From assembly GCF_963676685.1 (NCBI RefSeq), contig NC_092345.1:4526001-4590000 (forward strand): 64,000 nt of DNA, in the 5' to 3' direction. The notes under the pieces are model-generated. The model worked only from the letters and a program-made list of their open reading frames with translations. It made no database searches and was not told where the DNA came from. Both the position numbers and the translations under genes were made by a program. Of the stretch, positions 26,622-38,990 are shown piece after piece (position 1 is the stretch's first letter; the number at the start of each line of letters is the position of its first letter). The stretch comes from Mytilus edulis. Taxonomy: Eukaryota.

Positions 26622-27410
26622 TCAGATCAAAATAGTTAAATCCAGACTTTCTTTAAACTCCTTGATCTAATTAGATGGCTTTTGCTAGCATTTGAGGTCC
26701 TTTTTAGTCATATATTATGACTGTTACATTTCTAATATATCTTGCTTAATATTTGAATTTTCTACTGAAGTTAAATCCAAAGAATAACTTGGATGTAGAA
26801 AATAAAAGTTTTGTCTTTTTCTTTTTTAGTCATGGCATTTCAGTTTATTTTCGACTTTGAGTTTGAATGTCCTTTTGGTATCTTTCGCCTTTCTTTTTGC
26901 ATGAAAGCATTAAAGTCCCTTAGACAACGTTTACCTTCGATTCATTTGGTTATTATTTTAGGTCCTTTTTGGTCATATAGGCCTTCACTGTTTTGTTTAT
27001 TTAAAATACTTGAGTTTTCATGATAAAAATATTGCAGAAAAGGGGCTTCGGAAGTATTCAATTTACAAAATGTTTTCATTTTTACAGTTAGATTTGGTAC
27101 AACGTTTTTGAATTCAAACCTCAACTTCCTATTTTATTTCCAGATGTATTGATCAGAGCGCCACTGTTATATGTAACTTGGATGCTTTTGAATCTCTTCT
27201 CTGAAATATGAGCATATGGAAACTCAACGCTAAGGATTTATAAAAAACAAATGAAACTGCCAAAAAGTACATAGCTAAACTTATCTTAGAAAAAGACAAA
27301 CAAACAATAGTATATGTCTTCATCAGAACGCATTACATCGAATATCTTAAAAGCAAGGATGTATAAGAACCGAAACATTTCAAGATGAATATGACCATAG
27401 AGGACCTTCA

Positions 27411-28000
27411 AATGCTCTTCAACTTTGTGCTTGTTTGGCTTCATAACTATTTTGATCTGAGCGTCTCTGATGAGTCTTATGCACACGAAACGCGCGTCTG
27501 GCGTATTAAATTATATTCTTGGTACCTTTGATAACTATTTAAACAACTGAGTAGATGCCACTGCTAGTGGACGTTTCGTTCCCGATGGTAACACCAGCCT
27601 AGTAGTCAGACTTCGGTGTTGACATGAATATCAATTATTTGGCCTTTTTAACTTTTTTAAATTCGAGCGTCACTGATGAGTCTTTTGTGACGAAAAACGC
27701 GTCTGGCGTATAATAAATTTAGTCCTGGTATCTATGATGAGTTAATTTATATGGTCATTTTTATAAATTTCCTGTATCAAAACTTTAAATTTTTCGAAAA
27801 ACTAAGGATTTTCTTATTCCAGGAATAGATCACCTTAGCCCTATTTAGCACAACTTTCTGGAATGTTTTGTTCTTAATGCTCTTCAACTTTGTGCTTGTT
27901 TGGCTTCATAACTATTTTGATCTGAGAGTCCCTGATGAGACTTATGTAGATGAAACGCGCGTCTGGAGTATTAAATTATAATCTTGGTATTTTTGACTAT
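27411..28000 (+). mobile_element. retrozyme-like tandem hammerhead element (motifs at 27461-27504, 27667-27709, 27926-27969)
   Basis: Direct repeat 27411-27540 versus 27876-28000, with GUC sites 465 nt apart. A related second-family hammerhead fragment of about 112 bp is nested at about 27638-27749. Confidence 0.82.
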
Positions 28001-29635
28001 AAGAATATTGACGACCAAACAAAACACAAACATAAAATGACATCCTTTTGAATTGTTTATGATAAAGCTATATGTAAGGTGGGTACATAAAAGTCAACTT
28101 ATTGGTTAATGTAATGTCAATAACTTGCTTTTGACGTCTCATTTAGATGTTGAATAAGTAGTGTTACCGCATTTATGTCATACCTTGAGAATGATAATTG
28201 GGCTGTCATCCTTTTGATAATCATAACATAAAGGATGATAAATATTCTATTACTTCTGATGATCATTACATTTGTTTTCACCGAATTTTAAGATCCATCT
28301 ATAGTGATTGAATAACAAAAAATAGCTGACAAGTGCAACTTACCCATAAAAAAAACACTTTTGTTATGTTTTATCTGATTTGTTAATACAAGTAAAAATC
28401 ATCCAAAAGGAGGCTGGGTTGTTGGTTGCATAGGATAATTTTCTGGAAAGGAAGAGTGATATTGAAAAATTGTAATTCTCAGTAGATAGCAACCATTGAA
28501 AATTAGCATAATTAATTATATACGTTATCAGTTACGCTCATTATACGTTCACTGTCATCGACATTACAATTTTTGTCATTGATCAATATCCTTCGGTAGT
28601 TATTTGGTGTTGCTCTGTTATTCAAAAGTGTTTGCTCTTTAAAATATATGTTGACCTTGAGCTTTAATGAAAACAATATCATTTTTTTTTTCGAAATGCG
28701 CATCTTGTGGATACCATTTGATTCTGCAATTTGCTTAAGGACATTCCGTTGAGAATTTTCCTCGGAGTTAGTACTAATGTTATATTATTTTTTTCGTATC
28801 TTTTTGTAATATTAGAAATACCAATAAGTCAACATTTGATTACATAATGCAGTTTGGGTTAATTCATTATGATGGTAAGCAAATCGACAATTACAGTCCA
28901 TTGTACTGAAAGATTGATGTATATTAGAGCAAGTTCGTACTTTTCATGCTGCAGGAGTCTCGTAATAGTAAGCTTCTGAGCTCACGTTGCGTGAAAAAGT
29001 ATGATATTCGAAAAAAAACAATTTACAATAGGAAAGATGATTTTAACAAACTCGCGCATACGATATCGTTTGATTTTAAATTTCGTGATTTCATTTCAAT
29101 TACAACATGTACAATGATATATAAAATAAAACAAATTGCCACAAGTTTATACATATTTTCATATTAAATGACTCGAGTTGATATCAAACAAAATCTAACA
29201 AACTAGGAAACATATAATTAGCTTACAGTAAATCGTGATTCATTTTCATGTTGTTCTTAACGAACCCATTATTAAGTATAATAATATACCATAAAAATGA
29301 ATAGAGATATTTTAACGCTTATTAAGTCTTTTATGACGTCAATGACTGATATCTGACTCCATGCCAGTTCTGTATTGTTTAAAATGGATACTGATCTCCC
29401 AATGAGTACACAAATGTCATTTGAATATATGATAGACTGTTGAAAACTTTTTTTTGTAAACTAATATCAACCGATCGAATTGACTTAAAATGGATCCTCA
29501 TTTTTTTGTTTTGGTGTATATAGGTGACATTGTCGATGATATTCATGTTGGAATTGGAATATTCACTGATGATACTTTGTTGTACTAATAGTACTGCAAC
29601 TGACATCGAAAAAGACGCTTAGTTAACGAGTTTAA

Positions 29636-32600
29636 TGGTCCGGAATAACACACGGCTGCAAATTGTTTTAAATGATAGAATAATATCTATATTTTAATAT
29701 CCGTCTGGTCGAAAAAAGTTTCTATGGTTTCTATGGTCACATTTTTGTATTTTATCCCTTTAATCGGGGTACCCCTCAATTTAGGGTTTTGGGTAGTTAC
29801 CTTAAAATCCAAAAACATATTTTTTGGTTAAATTTCCTGCTATTTTCGTGAATATTTTCTATGCACATATCATCAAGGATCATCGGAATGATGAAGACAT
29901 ACAAATGTAACTATAATACCATCCCCGAGTAAAACTTCCAAACTTAAAGTTGGTTGTTTTTTTATATAGAAATTTAACGCGTTTTTATTTGAAAACGAGA
30001 AAACAAATTATTGCGATACTGCATGCAAATTTTGTTGGGCAAATGCCAAACAATTTGGTCAAAAACTCAAAAGTAAAAACATCACTTATACCTTTTTTTT
30101 ATTACGGAAATTTCCAATCCGTCATTCAGCTCCACCATTTTTTTCCCCTTCACAATGAATTTGATAGTTTCGATGTGATTATGTAGATTTTGTAGGAGAA
30201 ATTAATTTGTTTTTCAGTGATTTGAATATATATAGTAGTTCTTTCGTGTATTTTCTTTAAATAAGTTATATTTTTGTTAATAAAATTTTTACTTTTATAA
30301 AAGTTAACCAAATCCTTCGGATAAGAGTTTTTTTCCGGATAATGACTATAGTTGATATGGTGTGAAAATACATTGTATGTCAATGTTTAACCTCAGAGCA
30401 ATTATTATGCATGCAAGTGGTCGGGAGAAAAGTACTATTAAAGTTTCGCTGATATTTGGTGTGTGACAAGGTGATGCTACACCCAACTTCTCTTGATATT
30501 CTGCTTTCCTTGTGCGAATCATCAGTGATGTTATGCCGGAGACTTGCACCAGAAGGCAAAATGGTTGCGTCTTTAAATTAGGTTGATTGATTGATTGATT
30601 GTTGGTTGCTTAACGTCAAGTGGAACATAGTGCATGCATGTTCAGGACGAGAACAAGTTAACAATAAAACAATAGGTAGGTCTTGTCATAATAGAGGCCA
30701 TTCGGGATGATGGTCAGGAAAATTTTGACTGCCATTGGAAAATGATGGTGTACTGGATTGGAACAGACATTTCCATTGCAACAGGCCACCAACGGACCGC
30801 TCAAAGAGTTGTTGCAAGGGTTCTTAACTTGCAAAGAACGTGGCACTCTCTTTACACGAGGCATCGGATTAAACGTCCCCATTCTGACCGGACGTGACTG
30901 CGAACTTGATTCATCCCGCACAGCCAAACGGACGCTCGTTTTACTGCCGGTCGGGAGAAGACTAAGTGACCATATTTCGTTTCCCAAGTCACCCTTGGGG
31001 AACTTTAAATTAGAAACAACAGAAATCCATATATGTGATCAAACTGATCGGAATCTATCCTCACAATCTGACACTTTTATACGATCTCGAGCTCAGTTTC
31101 CGCCTTGTAGTTTGGATATGAAAACAGGTTTTTTATGTAAAAGAAAAACCTTTATAAAAAACCGAAACTACACTAAACTGAGTCCTCTAAACATGTTGAC
31201 ATTCTTTTCAGTTGTGCTAATTAATGTGAGTAATCATTTATCCATGCATTACCAAGTACTTATTGAAGTCAACACCTGTGCAATTAGGTAAAACAGTTAC
31301 TAAAAAATTATATAGAATTTGAACTTGCTGTCAGTTCATTGATAACGATTGTTACTGATGATCTTCCATAAGAAAAAGCTTTTCTCATGTAGCACATCCT
31401 CTACATATACCGATCACTTTTACCCAAGATTGTCTCTGATGCTTACCAAACTGCCAAACTCAAGAACTAACTAGATATTGTGACACCTTACAATTCAGAC
31501 ACAGTGGGGCCAAGGGATATGAAATATAGAGTTTAGCTCTGAACTCAATATAGGGGATGCCATATCTGCTTCAGGAAAATGAAATTCTTTGTTAAGACTT
31601 TCAGAATTACACCTAGATGTGTCTGTAAATATCAAGGATACATTAAAAGAAAAACAATTACTTCACCCTGCCGTCAGTGCTCTTTTGAGCTGTGTCCTCG
31701 TTTTGGTATTTCTATGGACATGATGCCCGCATAGCTTCTTGATAGATATAGGAAGATGTGGTATGAGTGCCAATGATACAACATACCATCCAAGTCACAA
31801 TTTATTAAAAGTAAATCATTATAGGTTACGGTCCGGTATTCAACACGGAGCCTAGGCTCTTAAGTTCATTTGTTAGTTAATTGATGAAAAATAACACAAA
31901 GGCACTTCTTAACCGTATATTGTCCCTAAAGATAACAAAAGTTCGTAAATGTATTGCTATTACAAAATCAATCGTTTCTATAACAACATTCGCCCCATTA
32001 CATTTGGCATTGGCCGTGCATGTATATCATGCATATGCATATGGGAATATGGGTCACGAACATTGATCGAAACTGTGTACTCACATTGGTTTTGTGTTTC
32101 CTATGCATAGGTAAGACTATATCTGACGAGTTTGACCGAATCAAGACGGTATTAATACTCCAGATGGCATTTGTACTCAAAGACTGTGTTTGCTTTGAAC
32201 AAATCCTGTCCTGCGCCGAACTTGTTCTTGTACAACTTTAGAAAATTGGCATTACATTGTGTAATTTTTCATCCTTCCCTTAAAAAATTGATTAGTTCGT
32301 TTTTTTACCAGGATTATCCCACTAAGACAATGTTCATGCACCAAACTGACTTTGTTTTACACTCAACCAAACCCCTTATCAAGGCAAGTAACACTTCTGA
32401 CTTTTTTTAAACGTCGCACTCGCCTCGGGTGACTATGGTATAGTTTGTGTTACAACTGATCTGTCCAGACTTTGCAAATAAACAATATATATTCAGCTAT
32501 AACTAGATACTAGTTTCCACAAAATACACAACTTTTAGATGCAAAATTAAAAACACTGTTTCAGCGCTCGGATTTTGTTTTTTTCAAAGATAGAAAAAAT

Positions 32601-33059
32601 ATTGAAATAATTTGAAAAACTGGTGTTTTATAGTTTAGAAAACAATTCTGTAATATACTGAAGTGAAACAATATACACAATATGAAAGTTTATGGATTTG
32701 AAAAGGTCAAGGCCACTTCTTCTTTTGCTATGTCATACATGGAAAAAAATCAGAAGGTTCCATATCAACGCCATTTTGTAATGGCAGCTCTTCATAGAAG
32801 TAGTCAAATTTGTCGTTTTAACATCTTGTATATCATATGCTTATGATTGAATCGTTTTTGTAGCATTCTATTGAATAAATATCAGAAAATTTCTTCTTTC
32901 TGTCCTTGTAGTTGAAATATTCATATTTTTAGGTCTGACCTTTGACCTCAATTTCACAAAATTGTGACCACTCTGGACATTTACGACCCAACTTTTCTTA
33001 TTGTACACTTTTTCCTCTATCCGTCGATATATAATTCGGGTGTGTGTTCTTCCGGACCA
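29636..33059. mobile_element. 3.4-kb non-autonomous DNA transposon with TTAA target duplication (Kolobok- or piggyBac-type)
   Basis: TTAA|TGGTCCGGAATAACACAC at the left end and GTGTGTTCTTCCGGACCA|TTAA at the right end (17/18 inverted match). No recognisable transposase ORF. Confidence 0.75.
30583..31093 (-). mobile_element. SINE-like element nested in the TTAA transposon
   Basis: GC-richer block with a (CAAT)n tail and a central GGGGACGTTTAATCCG...GCAAGTTAAGAACCC segment that resembles the Meta/MESC SINE core (from recall). Related tail at about 8875. Confidence 0.6.
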
Positions 33060-34159
33060 TTAAAGTTTCAAAAAATGAACTATGGTTGCAGTACTATAAG
33101 TAGGTGATAATCCGACTTAAGTTGATGACATACTTAACAGTGACTTGAGCAAATATATGATTGATCTCAGAAATTGTTTGTACAATTGTAGATAATTTTT
33201 AGGGAAAATCTATAAGTTGAACTTTAAATTTTTAATAAAAAATCTTATTTAAAGAGTTAACATTCTAGAAAAATTAATGTTAATGTTTATTTGAAATAAG
33301 AAAGAAAGTGAAATCATTCATCGTTATATTATAGTTCGTTCCTGTGTGTATTACATTTTAATGTTGTGTTTTTGTTTTGCTCTTATATTTGATGCGATCC
33401 CTCAGTTTTAGTTTGTAACCCGGATTTGTTGTTATTTCTCAATCGATATATGAATTTCGAACAGTGGTATACTGTTGCCTTTATTGATAAATACAAAAAA
33501 TTAAAGTAAAAGATATCGCGAAAAATACCAGAAGAACTTGTTAATAATCTGGATAGTTCTTTCCTGTAACACTAAAATTTTGGAAAACGATACCTTTTTA
33601 AAAGACAATGTGACTCTTTTTTTCGTACCATTTCTTTAATCTAAAATATTACAAATATTCTTAACAGTAAATGCATGAATACAAATACTATAGCGTTGGC
33701 GTACACTATTGGAATGTTGACAGTGTTCCCAGATAGAAGGGTGTACATCTTAATCCATCAAAAGAAAATTTATTTTGTAAGTTTCATCATACCTTTGCAA
33801 ATTATCTAGGATAATATTATACTTGCACCTCCCTATATTGTCTTATGACCAACCAAATACAAGATTGAAATCTTATCCTGTAAAATCGTTTCTTATAACG
33901 TCTATTAATACTAAATTATATTAATGTATGTACATGTACTATATACAGTATTTACACCAATAAATAGAGAGAAACAAGAAGCTGGTGTTAATTAGATAAA
34001 TGAACAATGTTACAATATTTTCAATTATTTTAACCAATGTAGCTTTTTCTTTGAACAAAAAAATTAAGTTCATATTTTAATGAAGACATCAGTTGTGGAG
34101 AATTTGTCTAAAGATGATATTGTTTTAATTTGTCAATTATTTAAAAACGTGATTTTATT

Positions 34160-34464
34160 TCACATATGAACTGACGAAGGAGAAACGGTGTCGTTTTTTA
34201 ACTCCTTTGATAAAGCATCTGAAGTCAACTTTGACTTGGAGATAGTTTCCGGATCAGTATGTTCCTGAATATTTGAGAACTTCTGGTATTTCTTCTCTTC
34301 TTTAAATTTTCTGGCGGTATTTTTGGCATCGATCAAGTAAAAAGGACACAAAACTACCGAAATAGCAAATGCCGTTAAACACATGATACAACCGTAACTG
34401 ATTCTTAATGTTCCCAAGAAATCAGATTTCAAACCTGTTGCAATGGCGATCATCAAACAGTTAA
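34160..34464 (-). CDS. claudin/PMP22-like gene A, exon 3 (end of TM3, TM4, short tail); protein 226 aa
   Basis: Acceptor tttcag. In frame with ORF 34160..34456. TM4 ends VLCPFYLID. Total CDS 681 nt. Confidence 0.85.
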
Positions 34465-35489
34465 CTGAAATTTAAGGAAAAAAACAATAAAACAAATATC
34501 ATATTTATATTACTGAGACATGTGTGGTAAAATTGTTATTGCTAAGATTTTCCCAGTAACTTCACATTTTTATTCTGCTGTTTTTAAAACCACTGGATAA
34601 ATTTATTTATAACAATTAATTAAACTTCATTAGTGATGTTGTTGAACGATTGTCTGTATAAAATTGAGAATGGATATTGGGACTGTGTCAAAGAGGCAAC
34701 AAACCGACCAAAGAGCAGACAACAACAACAAACAATTATTTATCATCATATGTTTATACCAAATCCCCTATTTAGGTAGTTGAATGAAAGGTTAGGCCTT
34801 TTATAATAACCTACATTGTTTGAGAGTTGTTAAAAGCTGCAAGCTTTCCTGTAGTTGCTTACATCTAATTGATGTGTATGTGGTTGATAGTTGTCTCATT
34901 GAAAATCGTATCACAGCTTCCTTTTTAATACTAATGCATGTTTGATAATGCCTTACGTTCAGGGGAAAATAAGAACTATGTATTAAGGACAATATTATGT
35001 AATAAATGCAATATTAAAATACACAAATATGTTTTAGACAAATACACCTGAGTCGTACTAGCTAACATTGTAATAATCAGCTAGACATTCAATAAACCTT
35101 TACTATTTTTTTCTAAATTTCTTGTTTCCCCGTTGTTTGATATAACAGAGGAATGCGCCCCCTCTTTTTTTGACCCCGGTACTTGAGGAACAATCAATCA
35201 AATATTTAAGGAAATTTTATATTTATGACTTTTGAGCAGCGGTATACTACTGTTGTCTTTATTTGTATATCCAAAGTGTTCTTCTTTATATGGCACTGCT
35301 CTTTACATTGTTTTACGAAATTCGATGAAAATTTAAAACATCGGATACATCAACTGTATACATGAAGAGTAAATCATGTATGTGTTTACGCGGGAAAATA
35401 AAGATAAGTGAAGTGACCTTTTAGAAGAGCGGCGGCGCTATCATTTTATCAGGATTATATTACCGTAGCTGTATTGGTATAAATCTAGA

Positions 35490-35722
35490 AGTTTAAGGAT
35501 CTCAATACTTTTTAACTTCCTACTTTATTTGGTCTTTTTCTTTTTTATTTATCGAACTTCACTGATGAGTTTTATTGTGAATGAAACACAGGTAATGCGT
35601 TCAACATTATTTTGGCCTTCTTTTCTTATGTTAATCAAACGTCACTGATGAGTATTTTGTGGACGAAACGTAGGTCTCTCGTACAGCATTTTTGTTAACC
35701 CTGGTATCTATGATGAATTTGT
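35490..35722 (+). repeat. two decayed hammerhead-bearing fragments (second family) in gene A intron 2
   Basis: cactgatgag...atgaaac at about 35560 and gtcactgatgag...ggacgaaacg at about 35641, ending cctggtatctatgatgaattt as at 27724-27743. Confidence 0.6.
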
Positions 35723-35774
35723 TAATCGCGATAGAACTTTCATGAACAATTTTTACCAGATAAGATATACTTAC

Positions 35775-35936
35775 AAGTAATAAGGTCAGCAATGACAACA
35801 AAGAACTTGGTCATTCCGACAGCCCTCGTGCTTTTGATACAACAGGAGCAAAAAGTCATCGATACTATGATGACAAATATGGCATATGCCACTATTCCTA
35901 TTGAGAAGGAGGCTTGGAACAGGAAAAACAATATGT
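35775..35936 (-). CDS. claudin/PMP22-like gene A, exon 2
   Basis: Acceptor tttcag, donor T|GTAAGT. 162 nt, phase 1-1. DILFFLFQASFSIGIVAYAIFVIIVSMTFCSCCIKSTRAVGMTKFFVVIADLIT covers TM2 and the start of TM3. Confidence 0.85.
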
Positions 35937-36859
35937 CTGAAATTTTAAAAAAATATATAGCTTGATGAATACTCTTTTTATTAACTATCCTCGGTTTAAC
36001 GGTGAGTTTGTGTTATTTTTAACATACAAACATAAACCTACCTATTTTCGCGCAAATTTTATATCGCGTTTAGCCCTTTCTTACCGTGGTTCTCAAATTT
36101 ACTTGTTGTTCATGTAGATAGATAAGGAAAAATCCAAGTTTTCTATGTTCGCGTTCCTGATTTATTCTCGAAATTCGCGAAAATAAAATCGCTCACGAAA
36201 GTAAGTTGGTTTACAGTATTCCAATGTCAGTTCCATAATTAAAAGTATTACTCTGGTCCGATATAGGCTTTCGATTTTTATTTTAAAAACATTTATGACA
36301 AGACAAATCTTCATTTTCATATAGCCAGAAGATTTGACGTATTACTTCGTTTTAACTGAGGCTTTAATTTTTCAAGATAATATGACCTACTATTATAAAA
36401 TACAAAGGGAAAAATCTTAACCAAAGAAAAGAAACACATAGTTCGAAGAACAAACTAAATCGAATGTATTAATCATTCAGAAAACTAAAATAACCGACAA
36501 GGGTTGATATACAATGTTTTGATTACTGTTAGTATTTTAAACTGCTATTCGTTCATCACAAAGGTTCCCATTGCCATTCACAGCGGATATTTTACAAGCC
36601 TAGAACTGCTTAACACTGTCAATACATAAAACGTTTACAATTGTCGTATTCAGAGTAAAATTTTAAAAAATACTGAACTCCGAGGAAAATTCAATCGGAA
36701 AGTCCCTGAAAATGAAATATTTTTGACCATAAGATACGTGCTATGTTCAAATGACACAAAAATAATATAAGGTTTTGATTTTGCAGTTTTACAAGACACT
36801 CTCCGTTATGCCTTTCCCCTCTAGTTTGGTTTATTTTTGTTATTTTACTTCTTACTAAC

Positions 36860-37073
36860 CTTTTCCTTGAATATCTCTGCAGTCCCATTCTCCCTCCGAC
36901 TCACGGGCACACATTTTATGTACCCCAAGGTCTCCAGTAACTCCATTATGTCTGAACTTAGTCCAAGCTGGGTAGAAATACGATACAATACAGAGGACTA
37001 AGCCTCCAAGCGACAGCAGAAAGGCTATGATTCTCAAACACGTAGACGCAGGCTTCTGTGGTAAGCAAACCAT
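36860..37073 (-). CDS. claudin/PMP22-like tetraspan gene A, exon 1
   Basis: ATG at 37073, 214 nt (71 codons plus 1), donor AAG|GTTAGT. TM1 followed by PAW...GVHKMC...C, a variant of the W-GLW-C-C loop signature. Confidence 0.85.
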
Positions 37074-38454
37074 TTTCTTTTATTTATCTAGTTCAACAAA
37101 ATTGTTATTAAATATTACTTTCTATATAATTAAACACAATTGAAGCAGTCATGGAAAACATTAACTTAACATTGAAGAATTCAATTGTTTTATTGACATG
37201 ACGTCTATTCAAAACTATAGAGTGAAACAAAAACTAGATAATAAATCAAGTAGAGAACATTTTAGTATTTGATACGTATTTCACTTATTGTTAACTGTCC
37301 CACTTTTACAAAACGTTTGATTATCCAATAAGAAAGCTACGATTGACATGCCTCTTTTAATAACTATATCTCTTTTAATAACTATACATACGTATTTGTG
37401 TTGATGTGACCGGATTTTTATAGAACTACAAATCATTATAATTTTTTTTACTTCATATATTAACGTTGATGCAGGGAGTTCTGTAATCAACTTAAAAACC
37501 GATCTCACATTTCAGAAAATGCAAGCATTTTGTTTGATTCCGTGGCATATTTTTGTTGTTCGTTTGTACTTTATTATAATACCAAATTTATAGTTAAGCA
37601 CTTTTCCTAGATTTTTAATTTATGCACGTTTACGTTCTAAAATACCAGTTTCAGTAGTAAAATATAAAGATATACGTTTAAGTATGTTTGTAGAGTTTTT
37701 TTAGTATTCAAATAGTAAAGGAAAAAAAATTTTTTTTTACTGTCCATGACGTTAAATACTAAACCCTTGGATGTGTTTTAGTTGATTTAAATCGCTGATG
37801 CATGATCTTTTATTCTTTATTGTTTTCAGCTTTTAACTAGCTGTCATTAACTGTGAGTACTCTCAAATTGTACATTCTTGTTAATTTGACCTGTTGATAC
37901 TATTTGAAATGCGTTTTTGTTATGTAATGTTTACTTATTCAGGGTAATATCTCACGATTTTTTAATTTGACTTGTTAATTTATTAATAATTTGTACTTTG
38001 GTATTGAAATATATATATTGTAAACGCACATGCTAGAAAAAAATGACAAGTTGAACAAACGATTGTGACACATTGTTGACTGTTGTATTTTTGACATTTT
38101 TAACCTATTATTTCAGTTTGTTTTATTTGTCAATATAATGGAACTTGATGCTATTGTTATACAAGTGAGAGTTTAAGATAAAATAAACAGGTTCAATCCA
38201 CCATTTTCTACATCAGAAAATGCCTGTACATAGTCAGGAATATACTTGTTACTCATTCGTTTGATGTGTTTGAGCTTTTGATTTTGCCATTTGATTAGGG
38301 AATTTCCGTTTTATATTTTCCTCGGAGTTCAGTATTTTTATGATTTTACTTTTTATTCAGTAATATAACAATGTAAACTAAAAATGACACAATACAGAAC
38401 ACAACATTCAAAGGGAACAATATAACATAAGTCAACCAAACATGAACATAGCAC

Positions 38455-38990
38455 TAACATGTTTAACCCCGCTACATTATGTATGCATGTGCCTGTCCCA
38501 AGTCATGAGCTTGATTTCAGTGGTTGTCGTTTGTTTATGTGTTACATATTAGTTTTTCGTTCATTTTTTGTACATAAATTTATTTTTGTTATTTTACTTC
38601 TTACTAACCTTTTCCTTGAATATCTCTGCAGTCCCATTCTCCCTCCGACTCACGGGCACACATTTTATGTACCCCAAGATCTCCAGTAACTCCATTATGT
38701 CTGAACTTAGTCCAAGCTGGGTATAAATACGATACAATACAGAGGACTAAGCCTCCAAGCGATAGCAGAAAGGCTATGATTCTCAAACACGTAGACGCAG
38801 GCTTCTGTGGATCTCGTTTGAATTGTTTTACATTGTCATTTGGGGCCTTTTATAGCTGACTATGCGGTATGGGCTTTGCCCATTGTTGAAGGCCGTACGA
38901 TGACCTATAGTTGTTAATTTCTGTGTCATTTTGGTCTCTTGTGGACAGTTGTCTCATTGGCAATTATACCACATCTTCTTTTTTATATTT
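38455..38990 (-). repeat. interspersed repeat (AAGAAGATGTGGTATAATTGCCAATGAGACAACT family) hosting the exon copy
   Basis: Uninterrupted homologs at about 4690-5000 (opposite strand) and about 46820-47120. Confidence 0.8.
38579..38810 (-). pseudogene. partial copy of gene A exon 1 (no ATG) inserted inside an interspersed repeat
   Basis: 232 bp matching 36830-37061 with 3 substitutions. It keeps the splice donor but lacks the MVCL start codons. Confidence 0.9.

Noticed and set aside
30658-31291. 177-aa and 109-aa overlapping ORFs
   Set aside because: They lie over a SINE-like repeat, show no protein motifs and have no splice context.
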